This document shows, piece after piece, positions 1-6,789 of a DNA stretch of 32,297 nucleotides. The DNA comes from a virus (Duplodnaviria > Caudoviricetes): positions 1 to 32,297 of IMG/VR virus record IMGVR_UViG_3300037501_000026; one strand, written 5' to 3'. Made by a program: the position numbers and the translations under genes. Position 1 is the stretch's first letter; every line of letters begins with the position of its first letter. Under the pieces are notes generated by a model. It saw only the letters and a list, made by a program, of their open reading frames with translations. It had not been told where the DNA came from and made no database searches.

Positions 1-242
1 TACTTGATGCCAGCGTCGAGCCCCGCCTCAATGCGGTCGGAGTACGTTGTCTTGACCCCGTCCTCTCGCGGGATGCCGAGGCGGTAGAACACCTCCAGCA
101 TCTTGTGAATGACAGAACCCTCCTGCATGTAGTCGGGAGAGTCTCCGATGATACGAAACCGCTTGAGCTTCTCGTAGTTGTAGCGTCGGCGACAATCGTA
201 CCACGTACCCAACTGCGAGTCGGAGATTTGCAGGACGTGCAT
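1..242 (-). CDS. PD-(D/E)XK (Cas4/RecB/AddB-like) nuclease, N-terminal part; runs off the window edge
   Basis: Manual translation from ATG 242: MHVLQISDSQLGTWYDCRRRYNYEK...MQEGSVIHKMLEVFY. This fits the S-x-S-x-L...C-x-R-x-Y...G-x-x-I-H-x-x-L-E N-terminal pattern of phage PD-(D/E)XK nucleases. TAATG overlap with the upstream ORF. Confidence 0.75.
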   Translation of the reverse strand, partial: MHVLQISDSQLGTWYDCRRRYNYEKLKRFRIIGDSPDYMQEGSVIHKMLEVFYRLGIPREDGVKTTYSDRIEAGLDAGIK

Positions 243-481
243 TAGTTACCTCCGCTCAGCTTGAGGCCATGCTCGATTTGGAGAACCACCATCCAGATGC
301 TCTTGACCTGCTCGATCACCTCGTCGAGGGATGCTCCCTGCACGTGTTGCATCCGTAGGATTGTGAACATGATGTAGATGATTCCCCTCTCAGTTGGAAA
401 CTCACCTTCACGCAAGATGTCCAAGAACCTGTTGTGATAGAAGGCCAGTTCCTCGGCCGTGAACTCACCAGTCTCCATCAT
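242..481 (-). CDS. hypothetical protein (79 aa)
   Basis: Overlaps both neighbours in coupled fashion (ATGA at 478-481, TAATG at 240-244). Confidence 0.7.
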   Translation of the reverse strand: MMETGEFTAEELAFYHNRFLDILREGEFPTERGIIYIMFTILRMQHVQGASLDEVIEQVKSIWMVVLQIEHGLKLSGGN

Positions 482-675
482 GTTACGATCCTCAGTCGAG
501 ACTCCAGCTCCTTGACCTTTGCCACGAGAGCGCGGTTCTCCACCATGATTCTTCTGAGGAGCCTGTCGAGACGCATCAGCTCAGGAAACAGGTTGACACC
601 GTGCTTTCGCAGGTGCTCACCCATCTCCGTCTCCGTGTTGCAGGGTTGACCACACACCGAACACCTAAGTGTCAT
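478..675 (-). CDS. C2H2 zinc-finger protein with C-terminal coiled coil (65 aa)
   Basis: MTLRCSVCGQPCNTETEMGEHLRKH has C-x2-C-x12-H-x3-H spacing. ATG 675 overlaps the stop of the 3D gene (ATGA). Confidence 0.7.
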   Translation of the reverse strand: MTLRCSVCGQPCNTETEMGEHLRKHGVNLFPELMRLDRLLRRIMVENRALVAKVKELESRLRIVT

Positions 676-986
676 CTGTCCCCCTTTGGCTTGTGGAGAA
701 TACGAACACGAACGTTCCGTCGGCCCCATCGCCTTGCGTCGGAACATGAGGACACGAAGAGGTCAACGTGTCGGCCCTTCACCTTACCACCCACATCGTG
801 AATCATACGCTCTCCGTGACCCTCGACGTGGATGATCGAACCGATGGGAAGTACCTTGGGATCCGCAGCGGCTGTGAAGTCAACGATGGGCATGACTCCA
901 CTCTTCGTGGGGTGCGCGTCCTTCACATCACAGCCGACTGCGTACATGGTGACCACGAACATGGCCTCCGTTATCGGGTTTGCCAT
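672..986 (-). CDS. 3D (Asp-Asp-Asp) domain protein, putative lytic transglycosylase / cell-wall modifier
   Basis: Motifs VTMY, TKSG, AADPKVLPIGSII, HDVGGKVKGRHVDLF and ARRWGRR are typical of the 3D domain. Confidence 0.85.
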   Translation of the reverse strand: MANPITEAMFVVTMYAVGCDVKDAHPTKSGVMPIVDFTAAADPKVLPIGSIIHVEGHGERMIHDVGGKVKGRHVDLFVSSCSDARRWGRRNVRVRILHKPKGDR

Positions 987-2491
987 GCCCTCATCCCCTG
1001 CTCTGCTAGGATACGACCCATCTCACGGACAACATCTGTTTCTGTCCACGCGACGACCTTCCTGCCGTCAATGATCTCCGTGCAGAGTTCCCGTTTCTTC
1101 TCCACCAGCCGTGCGAAGAACTCATCGATGGTACCAACGGCTACGGGGTACAGCGCGCGGATCTTGTCGGACTTCTGACCTGGGCGGGGGAAGCGTGCCT
1201 CTGCCTGCTCCTCGTTGGCGGGATTCCACTGCCTCTCAGCGAGGATGAGGTTGGCACAGCATTGCAGGTTGATACCCTCGCCGCCGACCAACGTAGAAGC
1301 TACGAGGAGGCGATTCTCGGGTTTCCAGAAGTCTGTGCAGACCTTTTCTCGTTCGGCTGCGTTCTGCTCGGCCCTGAGGATCAGTGGGTTGTACACCTTG
1401 AGGTTGTTGATGATCGTCATGGCAACGTCTTTGTGATGCACGAAGATGGTGAGCTTCTCATCTGTGGAGGAGAGAAACTCGTCGGCCCACTCTGAGACTG
1501 GACCGGCCTTCGCCAGCCCCGTGAGATGGCGCATCTTCGAGAGGTAGGCCAAACCCTCACCGTAGCTCTTGAACGATGACATTCCGTTCTCGGCGTAGAA
1601 CTCGGTGAACTCCTCAAGCGTTGCCTGATATGCAGCCTCGACCTCGGCTGACATGTTGTGGTACTCGTACTGACGAGTGATCTCAGGAATGTCTGGGAGG
1701 ACTTCCTTCCTCGTATAGCGGAGGATGAAATCACTCGTGAACTCTTGGAACCTCCTTGGGTTGTACATGTAACCCGAGGGCGATACCCAGTCCCTCTCAT
1801 ACTTCGCCTGAGATGGGAACTTGTCGGGGCGGACCATCATGAGGATAGGCCCGTACTCTCGAGCATGATTCTTGATGGGTGTTCCTGAGAGTCCGATGAC
1901 GTATTTGATGCCCTTGGCTAGCTTCATCAGGTGTTGCGTGCGCTTGGCATCGTGGTTCTTGACGTTCTGGACCTCGTCGACGATGAGGGTCTTCACCTTC
2001 TGATTGGCCTCCTCCAGCCATTTGACACGGCGGAGAAGGTCATACGAGATGATGATGACCTTGGCGAGGCCCCACAGAGGATCATCCTTCCCTGAGTCGA
2101 TCACCTGACATGGCACACCAGCCCACGATGCGATCTTTTTGGCCCACTGCACCATGATGGTGCTCTTACACACGATCATCACGGGTTGGATCTCGTCCAG
2201 ATGCTTTGCAATGAGCATGACAGAGATAATCATCTTGCCAACGCCCATCTCGTGTGTGAAGATGCACCGGAACCTTGCATCACGTGCGAACTGAGCGGAC
2301 GTCACCTGGTAGCGGAATGGCCGCTCATTGTCACGCGAGACAAGGTCATCGTACCGAGGACGCGTGAGGCCAGCCTCAGTTATCGTGTGTCCGCATGAGA
2401 GGTGCAAGAAAGCATACTCGCGACCCTTGATGTCTTCCCACGTGACATCCTTGATCGCGACGTCTTGCTTTTTGCAGAATGAGCAGTCCAT
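971..2491 (-). CDS. SNF2-family (HARP/SMARCAL1-like) helicase with N-terminal Zn-binding motif
   Basis: HEMGVGK (Walker A), DEVQ (Walker B), SGTPIKN (motif III), GGEGINLQ (V), WNPANEEQAEAR..RPGQ (VI). N-terminal CxxC...CxH. Confidence 0.9.
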   Translation of the reverse strand: MDCSFCKKQDVAIKDVTWEDIKGREYAFLHLSCGHTITEAGLTRPRYDDLVSRDNERPFRYQVTSAQFARDARFRCIFTHEMGVGKMIISVMLIAKHLDEIQPVMIVCKSTIMVQWAKKIASWAGVPCQVIDSGKDDPLWGLAKVIIISYDLLRRVKWLEEANQKVKTLIVDEVQNVKNHDAKRTQHLMKLAKGIKYVIGLSGTPIKNHAREYGPILMMVRPDKFPSQAKYERDWVSPSGYMYNPRRFQEFTSDFILRYTRKEVLPDIPEITRQYEYHNMSAEVEAAYQATLEEFTEFYAENGMSSFKSYGEGLAYLSKMRHLTGLAKAGPVSEWADEFLSSTDEKLTIFVHHKDVAMTIINNLKVYNPLILRAEQNAAEREKVCTDFWKPENRLLVASTLVGGEGINLQCCANLILAERQWNPANEEQAEARFPRPGQKSDKIRALYPVAVGTIDEFFARLVEKKRELCTEIIDGRKVVAWTETDVVREMGRILAEQGMRAWQTR

Positions 2492-2494
2492 GCG

Positions 2495-3085
2495 TTACTT
2501 GGCTTTCTTCTGTGACGCGACGAACTTCTCGGCGGCCTCCCTTGACCCGAGTTGCTTAGCCAACATCTCCAGCAGCTTGTCCTCGGCCGACATGGGAGCC
2601 TTCCGTTCGCCAGACGAACGCTTTTCCGTTCCCTCCCCGACGCGAGGCTTGGGCTTGTACTTCCTGTCGTACTCACGAACTCTGGCCCGCTCCGTCTCAG
2701 AGAGTTCCATCAGAGCTTCCTGCTTGGCGAGTGCTGAGGAGTTCTTGAAGATCTTGACCTTCCGCATCGCACGGTTCAGGAACTCGATGTGATCCGTCTT
2801 CTCCTCCATCGTCATCTCGGCAAAGCTCTTGCCGGTCTTACGAATGGAGTCGAGTTCTGTCTGGAGTTCTGAGATGAGGTCTTTGGAGGTTCGAGCCAGG
2901 TTGAACAACCGCCTGTACTCTTCCTCCGTCATCTCAGGTTCTAGCCCCGAGAGTTTGACATCCTCTTCCAATGTGTCCTCCTTCATGTCGTCCTCAAACA
3001 TCCTTCCTACTGCTATGCACGATATGCAGACCGAACCGATGTCGTAGTTCAGTCCGCATCTCCTACATAGGTAGGGGAAGCTCAT
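2495..3085 (-). CDS. hypothetical protein, N-terminal Zn ribbon and charged helical body
   Basis: CRRC...CISC at the N-terminus; tight packing in the leftward operon. Confidence 0.65.
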   Translation of the reverse strand: MSFPYLCRRCGLNYDIGSVCISCIAVGRMFEDDMKEDTLEEDVKLSGLEPEMTEEEYRRLFNLARTSKDLISELQTELDSIRKTGKSFAEMTMEEKTDHIEFLNRAMRKVKIFKNSSALAKQEALMELSETERARVREYDRKYKPKPRVGEGTEKRSSGERKAPMSAEDKLLEMLAKQLGSREAAEKFVASQKKAK

Positions 3086-3336
3086 CGATCCTCGTTGATG
3101 ATCGCCAGCATCTCCTCCTCAAGCGAATCGGCGGCAAGACGAAGGGCGTCCGCCAGAATCGAGGCGCTGAGCCTCGTAGCGTCGATAGGATGGTAGTTGT
3201 GGGCCTGCACGAAGTGCACCCCAACGTTGCGGCAGAGTCGACCAGCCTCACCGCATGTGACGTCACTGACCACCATAAGTTGTGACACAGTCACGAGCTT
3301 CTTGCGCTCGTCGTCCTTGACGGGGAGGACGCTCAT
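3082..3336 (-). CDS. hypothetical protein (84 aa)
   Basis: MSVLPVKDDERKK... start at 3336; ATGA overlaps at both ends. Confidence 0.6.
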   Translation of the reverse strand: MSVLPVKDDERKKLVTVSQLMVVSDVTCGEAGRLCRNVGVHFVQAHNYHPIDATRLSASILADALRLAADSLEEEMLAIINEDR

Positions 3337-3506
3337 CGGGCTACCTCTCGCTTGGCGTCGGCGACCTTGGAAACGAGGGCCTTCATCTCGTCGCTGTAGA
3401 AGGCGGCTCGTCGAGCCTTGCGGTTGGGCATGGACTCTTCGATCCTCTTGACTTCCTGCTCGACCCTCCTCAGGGCGCGGCGCACCTTGCGGTATCGGTC
3501 GCTCAC
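3333..3506 (-). CDS. small basic helical hypothetical protein (57 aa)
   Basis: GTG 3506 overlaps the upstream stop (GTGA); its own stop overlaps the next ATG. Confidence 0.55.
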   Translation of the reverse strand: MSDRYRKVRRALRRVEQEVKRIEESMPNRKARRAAFYSDEMKALVSKVADAKREVAR

Positions 3507-3715
3507 AGGTGCACCCGGAGCATGTCGACGAACCTCTTGCCATCGAGGTTGAGGAGGTTTCCGATCGGCCCCCACACGACCTTGTGGGTGATGATGGGGT
3601 CCTCCTCACGCCACCGATGGAGTTCGAGCGCCGCCGTGGCGTGGTCGGGGGCCTCGATCACGAGCGCACCTGGGTTGGGTGAGTCGCGGTACGTCAACAA
3701 CGCAAGATAGATCAT
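3503..3715 (-). CDS. hypothetical protein (70 aa)
   Basis: MIYLALLTYRD... preceded by a GGAGG RBS. Confidence 0.6.
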   Translation of the reverse strand: MIYLALLTYRDSPNPGALVIEAPDHATAALELHRWREEDPIITHKVVWGPIGNLLNLDGKRFVDMLRVHL

Positions 3716-3725
3716 CTGTGTCCTC

Positions 3726-3905
3726 CTATTGGCCTGTGAGACTCTTGAGTTTGTTTTCGAGGAACCCAAGGATATGGGAATACTGCATCCTTGGGCATCG
3801 TCGAGAAGCCTCTTGAGCCACAGCGATGAGGTTGGCACGGTTCACCTTGCGGAAGATGGTGTTGCCAGCCTCGTCGTTGTATATCAAGGTGTATTCGGAG
3901 GTCAT
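3726..3905 (-). CDS. hypothetical protein (59 aa; below the ORF track cutoff)
   Basis: Manual translation MTSEYTLIYNDEAGNTIFRKVNRANL...KSLTGQ* fills the gap between neighbours. Confidence 0.55.
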   Translation of the reverse strand: MTSEYTLIYNDEAGNTIFRKVNRANLIAVAQEASRRCPRMQYSHILGFLENKLKSLTGQ

Positions 3906-3907
3906 GT

Positions 3908-4162
3908 TCAGTTGCAGAGGCGAGGACCGTCATTGACCTTGCGAAGCTCGCAGCTGTCCTCGACGTCGAGAGGGCCATACACGTTGATGATGCAGTACCC
4001 TCCCTGCATCCTGCTCAGCCCACCTACGACGGCGCGCACCCTACCCGCGTAGCGTGCGAAGCGAGGCATGATGACCTTGATGTTGCCGTCGTCGTCGATC
4101 ATGCGATCCGTCGGTCTACCCATGACGCGGAGATGGTCGGGGAGGAGATTGAGGCGGATCAT
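3908..4162 (-). CDS. hypothetical protein (84 aa)
   Basis: ORF in the leftward operon; ATGA overlap with the upstream mini-ORF. Confidence 0.55.
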   Translation of the reverse strand: MIRLNLLPDHLRVMGRPTDRMIDDDGNIKVIMPRFARYAGRVRAVVGGLSRMQGGYCIINVYGPLDVEDSCELRKVNDGPRLCN

Positions 4163-4272
4163 CTTTTCTTGTCACCTTTCCGGTTGAAGGGACCGTTCTT
4201 CAGGTACTCGTTGTTCGAGGCCCGCCGGCAAGTGTCAGCGATCTTGTTTTTCTTCGGCTTGTGTTTGCCCAC
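4159..4272 (-). CDS. small Lys/Arg-rich protein (37 aa)
   Basis: GGAGG RBS before GTG 4272; MGKHKPKKNKIADTCRRASNNEYLKNGPFNRKGDKKR*; stop overlaps the next ATG. Confidence 0.45.
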   Translation of the reverse strand: MGKHKPKKNKIADTCRRASNNEYLKNGPFNRKGDKKR

Positions 4273-4435
4273 TCTCTGTCCTCCCAAGGAATTCGTGAAC
4301 TGCCTGTTCAACGACGGTTGAAAACGTCAGTTTGTTGCGGAGCACGTAGTCACGCAAACGTGTCCAGGTGTGATGGTTCTTTACGGAAATGATAACGTTG
4401 TTCCCATCCTGCAAACGACTGAGGGGGCGGCTCAT
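4235..4435 (-). CDS. putative ribbon-helix-helix-like DNA-binding protein (66 aa)
   Basis: NNVIISVKNHHTWTRLRDYVLRNKLTFSTVVEQAVHEFL shows a beta-strand/helix/helix pattern; TGATG overlap with the upstream ORF. Confidence 0.5.
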   Translation of the reverse strand: MSRPLSRLQDGNNVIISVKNHHTWTRLRDYVLRNKLTFSTVVEQAVHEFLGRTESGQTQAEEKQDR

Positions 4436-4632
4436 CACTTTTTCCGCGTGCAGACCACGGCGGTTAGCTCCGTGGACAAGCACTTTGTGCAGCGGAAAGG
4501 CCCCACGCCGCCCATCTGGAAGACGCGGGTGTAGCCCTTGGAGCATGAACACTTGTAACGTGTCCAACTCGTTTGTGGGCGGGAGGGCCGCGCGCCGTTC
4601 CACTTTGGAAGTGGATTTTGAAGTGGAATCAT
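4435..4632 (-). CDS. small Zn-ribbon protein (65 aa)
   Basis: YKCSC...FRCTKCLS; first ORF downstream of the leftward promoter at 4737-4765. Confidence 0.5.
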   Translation of the reverse strand: MIPLQNPLPKWNGARPSRPQTSWTRYKCSCSKGYTRVFQMGGVGPFRCTKCLSTELTAVVCTRKK

Positions 4633-4993
4633 AGTGGGACTCAGGTGGGATTCTAGTGGAAGCCTTTTTCTGCTAAGTAACGTTCGCTCTATACTTTAAA
4701 TCCGTTCGCCCAGGGTAGCCCCCGGTGGTACCCTCTAAGGTAAGCCTCTCCCGCCGTTTCGTCAAGCGGTGATACAATATTAGGACCTTGAATATTGGAA
4801 TAGATATCATAATTTCTATTTTATTAATTATATATTATTATTATATAAGGGTAGGGGAGAGGGGGTGGGAGGGGGTACAGTTTCTAGAACAGTTTAAAGC
4901 TATACCCGAACGTTTGTTAGCGGAATCCGAGGCCCACCACGGTCCCACGCGCTGTCCACCAGTTTCCCACCTGTATTTCACCAGCGATTTCAC
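4611..4993. repeat. origin-like locus: inverted arrays of 11-bp-phased GTGG/CCAC motifs around an AT-rich core
   Basis: GTGG at 4611, 4623, 4634, 4645, 4656; CCAC/TCAC at 4934, 4945, 4956, 4967, 4978, 4990; nearly pure A/T tract at about 4804-4848. Confidence 0.6.
4737..4765 (-). promoter_or_regulatory. sigma70-type promoter, leftward
   Basis: Minus strand TTGACG-17 nt-TACCTT upstream of the leftward operon. Confidence 0.55.
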
Positions 4994-5039
4994 CTGCCAA
5001 AAATTGTCGCCTATTTATGTCCGGCAGGGCCAGAACGAG

Positions 5040-5071
5040 AAAAAGGCCCGATAGGAATCCTACCGGGCCTT
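5040..5071 (-). terminator. Rho-independent terminator
   Basis: Minus strand AAGGCCCGGTAGGATTCCTATCGGGCC-TTTTT: stem-loop plus U-tract just after the stop of 5078..5299. Confidence 0.75.
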
Positions 5072-5077
5072 GGGGGT

Positions 5078-5299
5078 TCAGTGGAACTCGTCGACCGAGT
5101 TGAAGCCGAGGTCACCGATGCAGCCTCGGCACTTGATGTAACCGGTCTTGGAGGGGTACGCGTTGTGGGCGGCAAGGGAGGCGCCACAATCTTGACACCC
5201 GGCGAAGAAGGGCACACCGGCCTCGTCCGTGTCCTCCATCGTGTAGGTGTCCTTGACACCCACCTTGGCGATGGTGATGTCGAGCAACGTGATCGCCAT
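5078..5299 (-). CDS. small Zn-ribbon protein (73 aa)
   Basis: CQDC...CRGC; followed by the terminator. Confidence 0.65.
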   Translation of the reverse strand: MAITLLDITIAKVGVKDTYTMEDTDEAGVPFFAGCQDCGASLAAHNAYPSKTGYIKCRGCIGDLGFNSVDEFH

Positions 5300-5300
5300 G

Positions 5301-5507
5301 TCAGTTCACGCTGTCGAGGATGGCCGCGATCTGACCGTTCCTGAACGGGTTGTCGGCCCTGTCGTCGCGGACTGCGTTGTGGATGATGATCTTGATGCGA
5401 CCCTTGCCGCCCGCCCATCCTCTGACGCGGCGGTGGTGGTTCACGATTCGGGTGCCTAGGTCGTAGCCAAGCATCCACTCCCTGGAATCCTTGAACGTCC
5501 TGCTCAT
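5301..5507 (-). CDS. hypothetical protein (68 aa)
   Basis: GGAGG RBS upstream; stop lies 1 nt from the next start. Confidence 0.6.
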   Translation of the reverse strand: MSRTFKDSREWMLGYDLGTRIVNHHRRVRGWAGGKGRIKIIIHNAVRDDRADNPFRNGQIAAILDSVN

Positions 5508-5529
5508 GGTCTGTTCCTCCTATAGACGC

Positions 5530-5570
5530 ACGAATAGGCTCACCCTCGTTGAAAGGGCGAGCCTACTCGT
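5530..5570 (-). other. intergenic RNA hairpin (processing site or terminator)
   Basis: Minus strand ACGAGTAGGCTCGCCCT-TTCAACG-AGGGTGAGCCTATTCGT pairs fully with G-U wobbles; no clear U-tract. Confidence 0.55.
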
Positions 5571-5574
5571 AGGT

Positions 5575-5781
5575 CTAGCGGAGAGAGGCCCTCTCGTAGC
5601 AGAAACGGCAGAGATTGTCCGGTAGATAGGTGGGCAAGGCCACGATGAAGACTCTACCACAGTCGGAGCAGCGGATCTTTTTTTCGACTTTGATAGAGCA
5701 CTCGTTCAACATGATGCGGAATTCGTGCACCGTCCATCCATTGGCACGGAAAGGTTCCAATCTGTCCTCCTTTGCAGGCAC
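5575..5781 (-). CDS. small Zn-ribbon protein (start uncertain)
   Basis: IRCSDCGRVF...LCRFC motif. Confidence 0.5.
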   Translation of the reverse strand: MPAKEDRLEPFRANGWTVHEFRIMLNECSIKVEKKIRCSDCGRVFIVALPTYLPDNLCRFCYERASLR

Positions 5782-6281
5782 GAGAGTCTTAGTCGACCCA
5801 CTCCCCCGGAGGGAAGTGAGTCGGTTTCGACCTACGAGTTGCGGAGCGCCCTGAGGGCCGCGAGGGCGGTCTCCTCGTCGGCGTAGAGGCCGGCCTTCAC
5901 GCCGAGGGCGGCCATCTTTCGCAGATCCTTGTCGGGGTCCACGACCGTGGCGAGGAAGCCCTGACGGATCTTGGACCGAACGCCGAGGTCCCAGGCATAG
6001 GTTTCGTCCGCGAGGGCCTTCTCTTCGCTGCCGTAGAGGACGAGCGATCCGACCCTGTCGAGGATGTCGACCCTGGGGTACTCGATTTCGACGTCCGCCG
6101 TGCTCTTCGCCTTCTCCGCGGCGATGGTGACCTTGGCGACGGTGACCCGAAGATGCCCGTTCGTCATGGCATCACTGATTGCCTTGGCCTTCTCGGGCCC
6201 GTAGATTTGCTCAATCGTCTTCATGCTATGTTTCTCCACGGAAACCGACACCACATTGTGTGGGTCGGCCAAGACTCTCGT
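5780..6281. repeat. imperfect inverted repeats (5780-5828 and 6241-6281) bracketing one gene
   Basis: Left arm acgagagtcttagtcgacccac...gtcggtttc; reverse complement of the right arm acgagagtcttggccgacccac...gtcggtttc (20/22 plus 9/9 identity). Confidence 0.8.
5832..6224 (-). CDS. hypothetical protein, first gene of the early transcript (130 aa)
   Basis: GGAG RBS before ATG 6224 (MKTIEQIYGPEK...); strongly C/G-ending codons. Confidence 0.75.
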   Translation of the reverse strand: MKTIEQIYGPEKAKAISDAMTNGHLRVTVAKVTIAAEKAKSTADVEIEYPRVDILDRVGSLVLYGSEEKALADETYAWDLGVRSKIRQGFLATVVDPDKDLRKMAALGVKAGLYADEETALAALRALRNS

Positions 6282-6498
6282 AGCTGTGTGATGTCGTCTG
6301 ACGAGGCTGTCCGGTGCTTACGCGAATAGTCTGCACCTTTTGGGTGGAGGGTCGGTTGTCACACCGTCCCCACCGTCGCTCCTAGGGTCTTGGCCTAGGC
6401 TCGCCCGCGCGGTTGGTGTCGTCGCATAGTCCCCCGACACTCAGGGCTATCAGGTCCTCACGGTTCCTACCCGTTTCTCGGGGCCGAGGGCCACCACC

Positions 6499-6527
6499 AT
6501 AATAGGCCGGGGCGGAAAGAAAGTCAA
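6499..6527 (-). promoter_or_regulatory. sigma70-type early promoter, leftward
   Basis: Minus strand TTGACT-17 nt-TATTAT. Confidence 0.75.
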
Positions 6528-6640
6528 GGGACAAGGGGATCGGGGCGCGCGAACTCCCCAAATGGGTCCCATCTGGCCGGCGGCGGGGGGAAGTGTTCTA
6601 CCCGCGAACAAATGCCAGATTCCATCTTACAAATGCCCTA

Positions 6641-6689
6641 AACGACCGGTCCCCCCTTAACGACGGGTCCCATCTCAACGTCGGGTCCT
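6641..6689 (+). repeat. three direct repeats with 18-bp period
   Basis: aacgaccggtccc (6641), aacgacgggtccc (6659), aacgtcgggtcct (6677). Confidence 0.7.
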
Positions 6690-6721
6690 ATAGGGTTCGC
6701 CTGTCTATCTTATGTTGCCCC

Positions 6722-6750
6722 TTGACAGGTCGCGCCGACGAGCGTATCTT
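6722..6750 (+). promoter_or_regulatory. sigma70-type promoter, rightward (packaging/structural arm)
   Basis: TTGACA-17 nt-TATCTT, about 40 nt before ATG 6790. Confidence 0.7.
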
Positions 6751-6789
6751 CGGGTGGGGGAGGGCCCCCCAGCAACGCTTAGGTGCAAC

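Noticed and set aside
4788-5054. 88-aa + strand ORF rich in Ile/Tyr
   Set aside because: It is simply the translation of the AT-rich origin-like tract; TTG start and opposite to the local gene direction.
6297-6330. Hammerhead ribozyme core (CTGACGAG...CGAA) on the + strand
   Set aside because: Stem II does not pair and the GAAA element reads GAAT.
6290-6490. tRNA gene in the intergenic region
   Set aside because: No cloverleaf or T-loop (GTTCRA) consensus found by eye on either strand.
6712-6789. Longer N-terminus for the HTH/terS ORF as given in the ORF track
   Set aside because: It overlaps the TTGACA/TATCTT promoter; ATG 6790 with an RBS is the better start.
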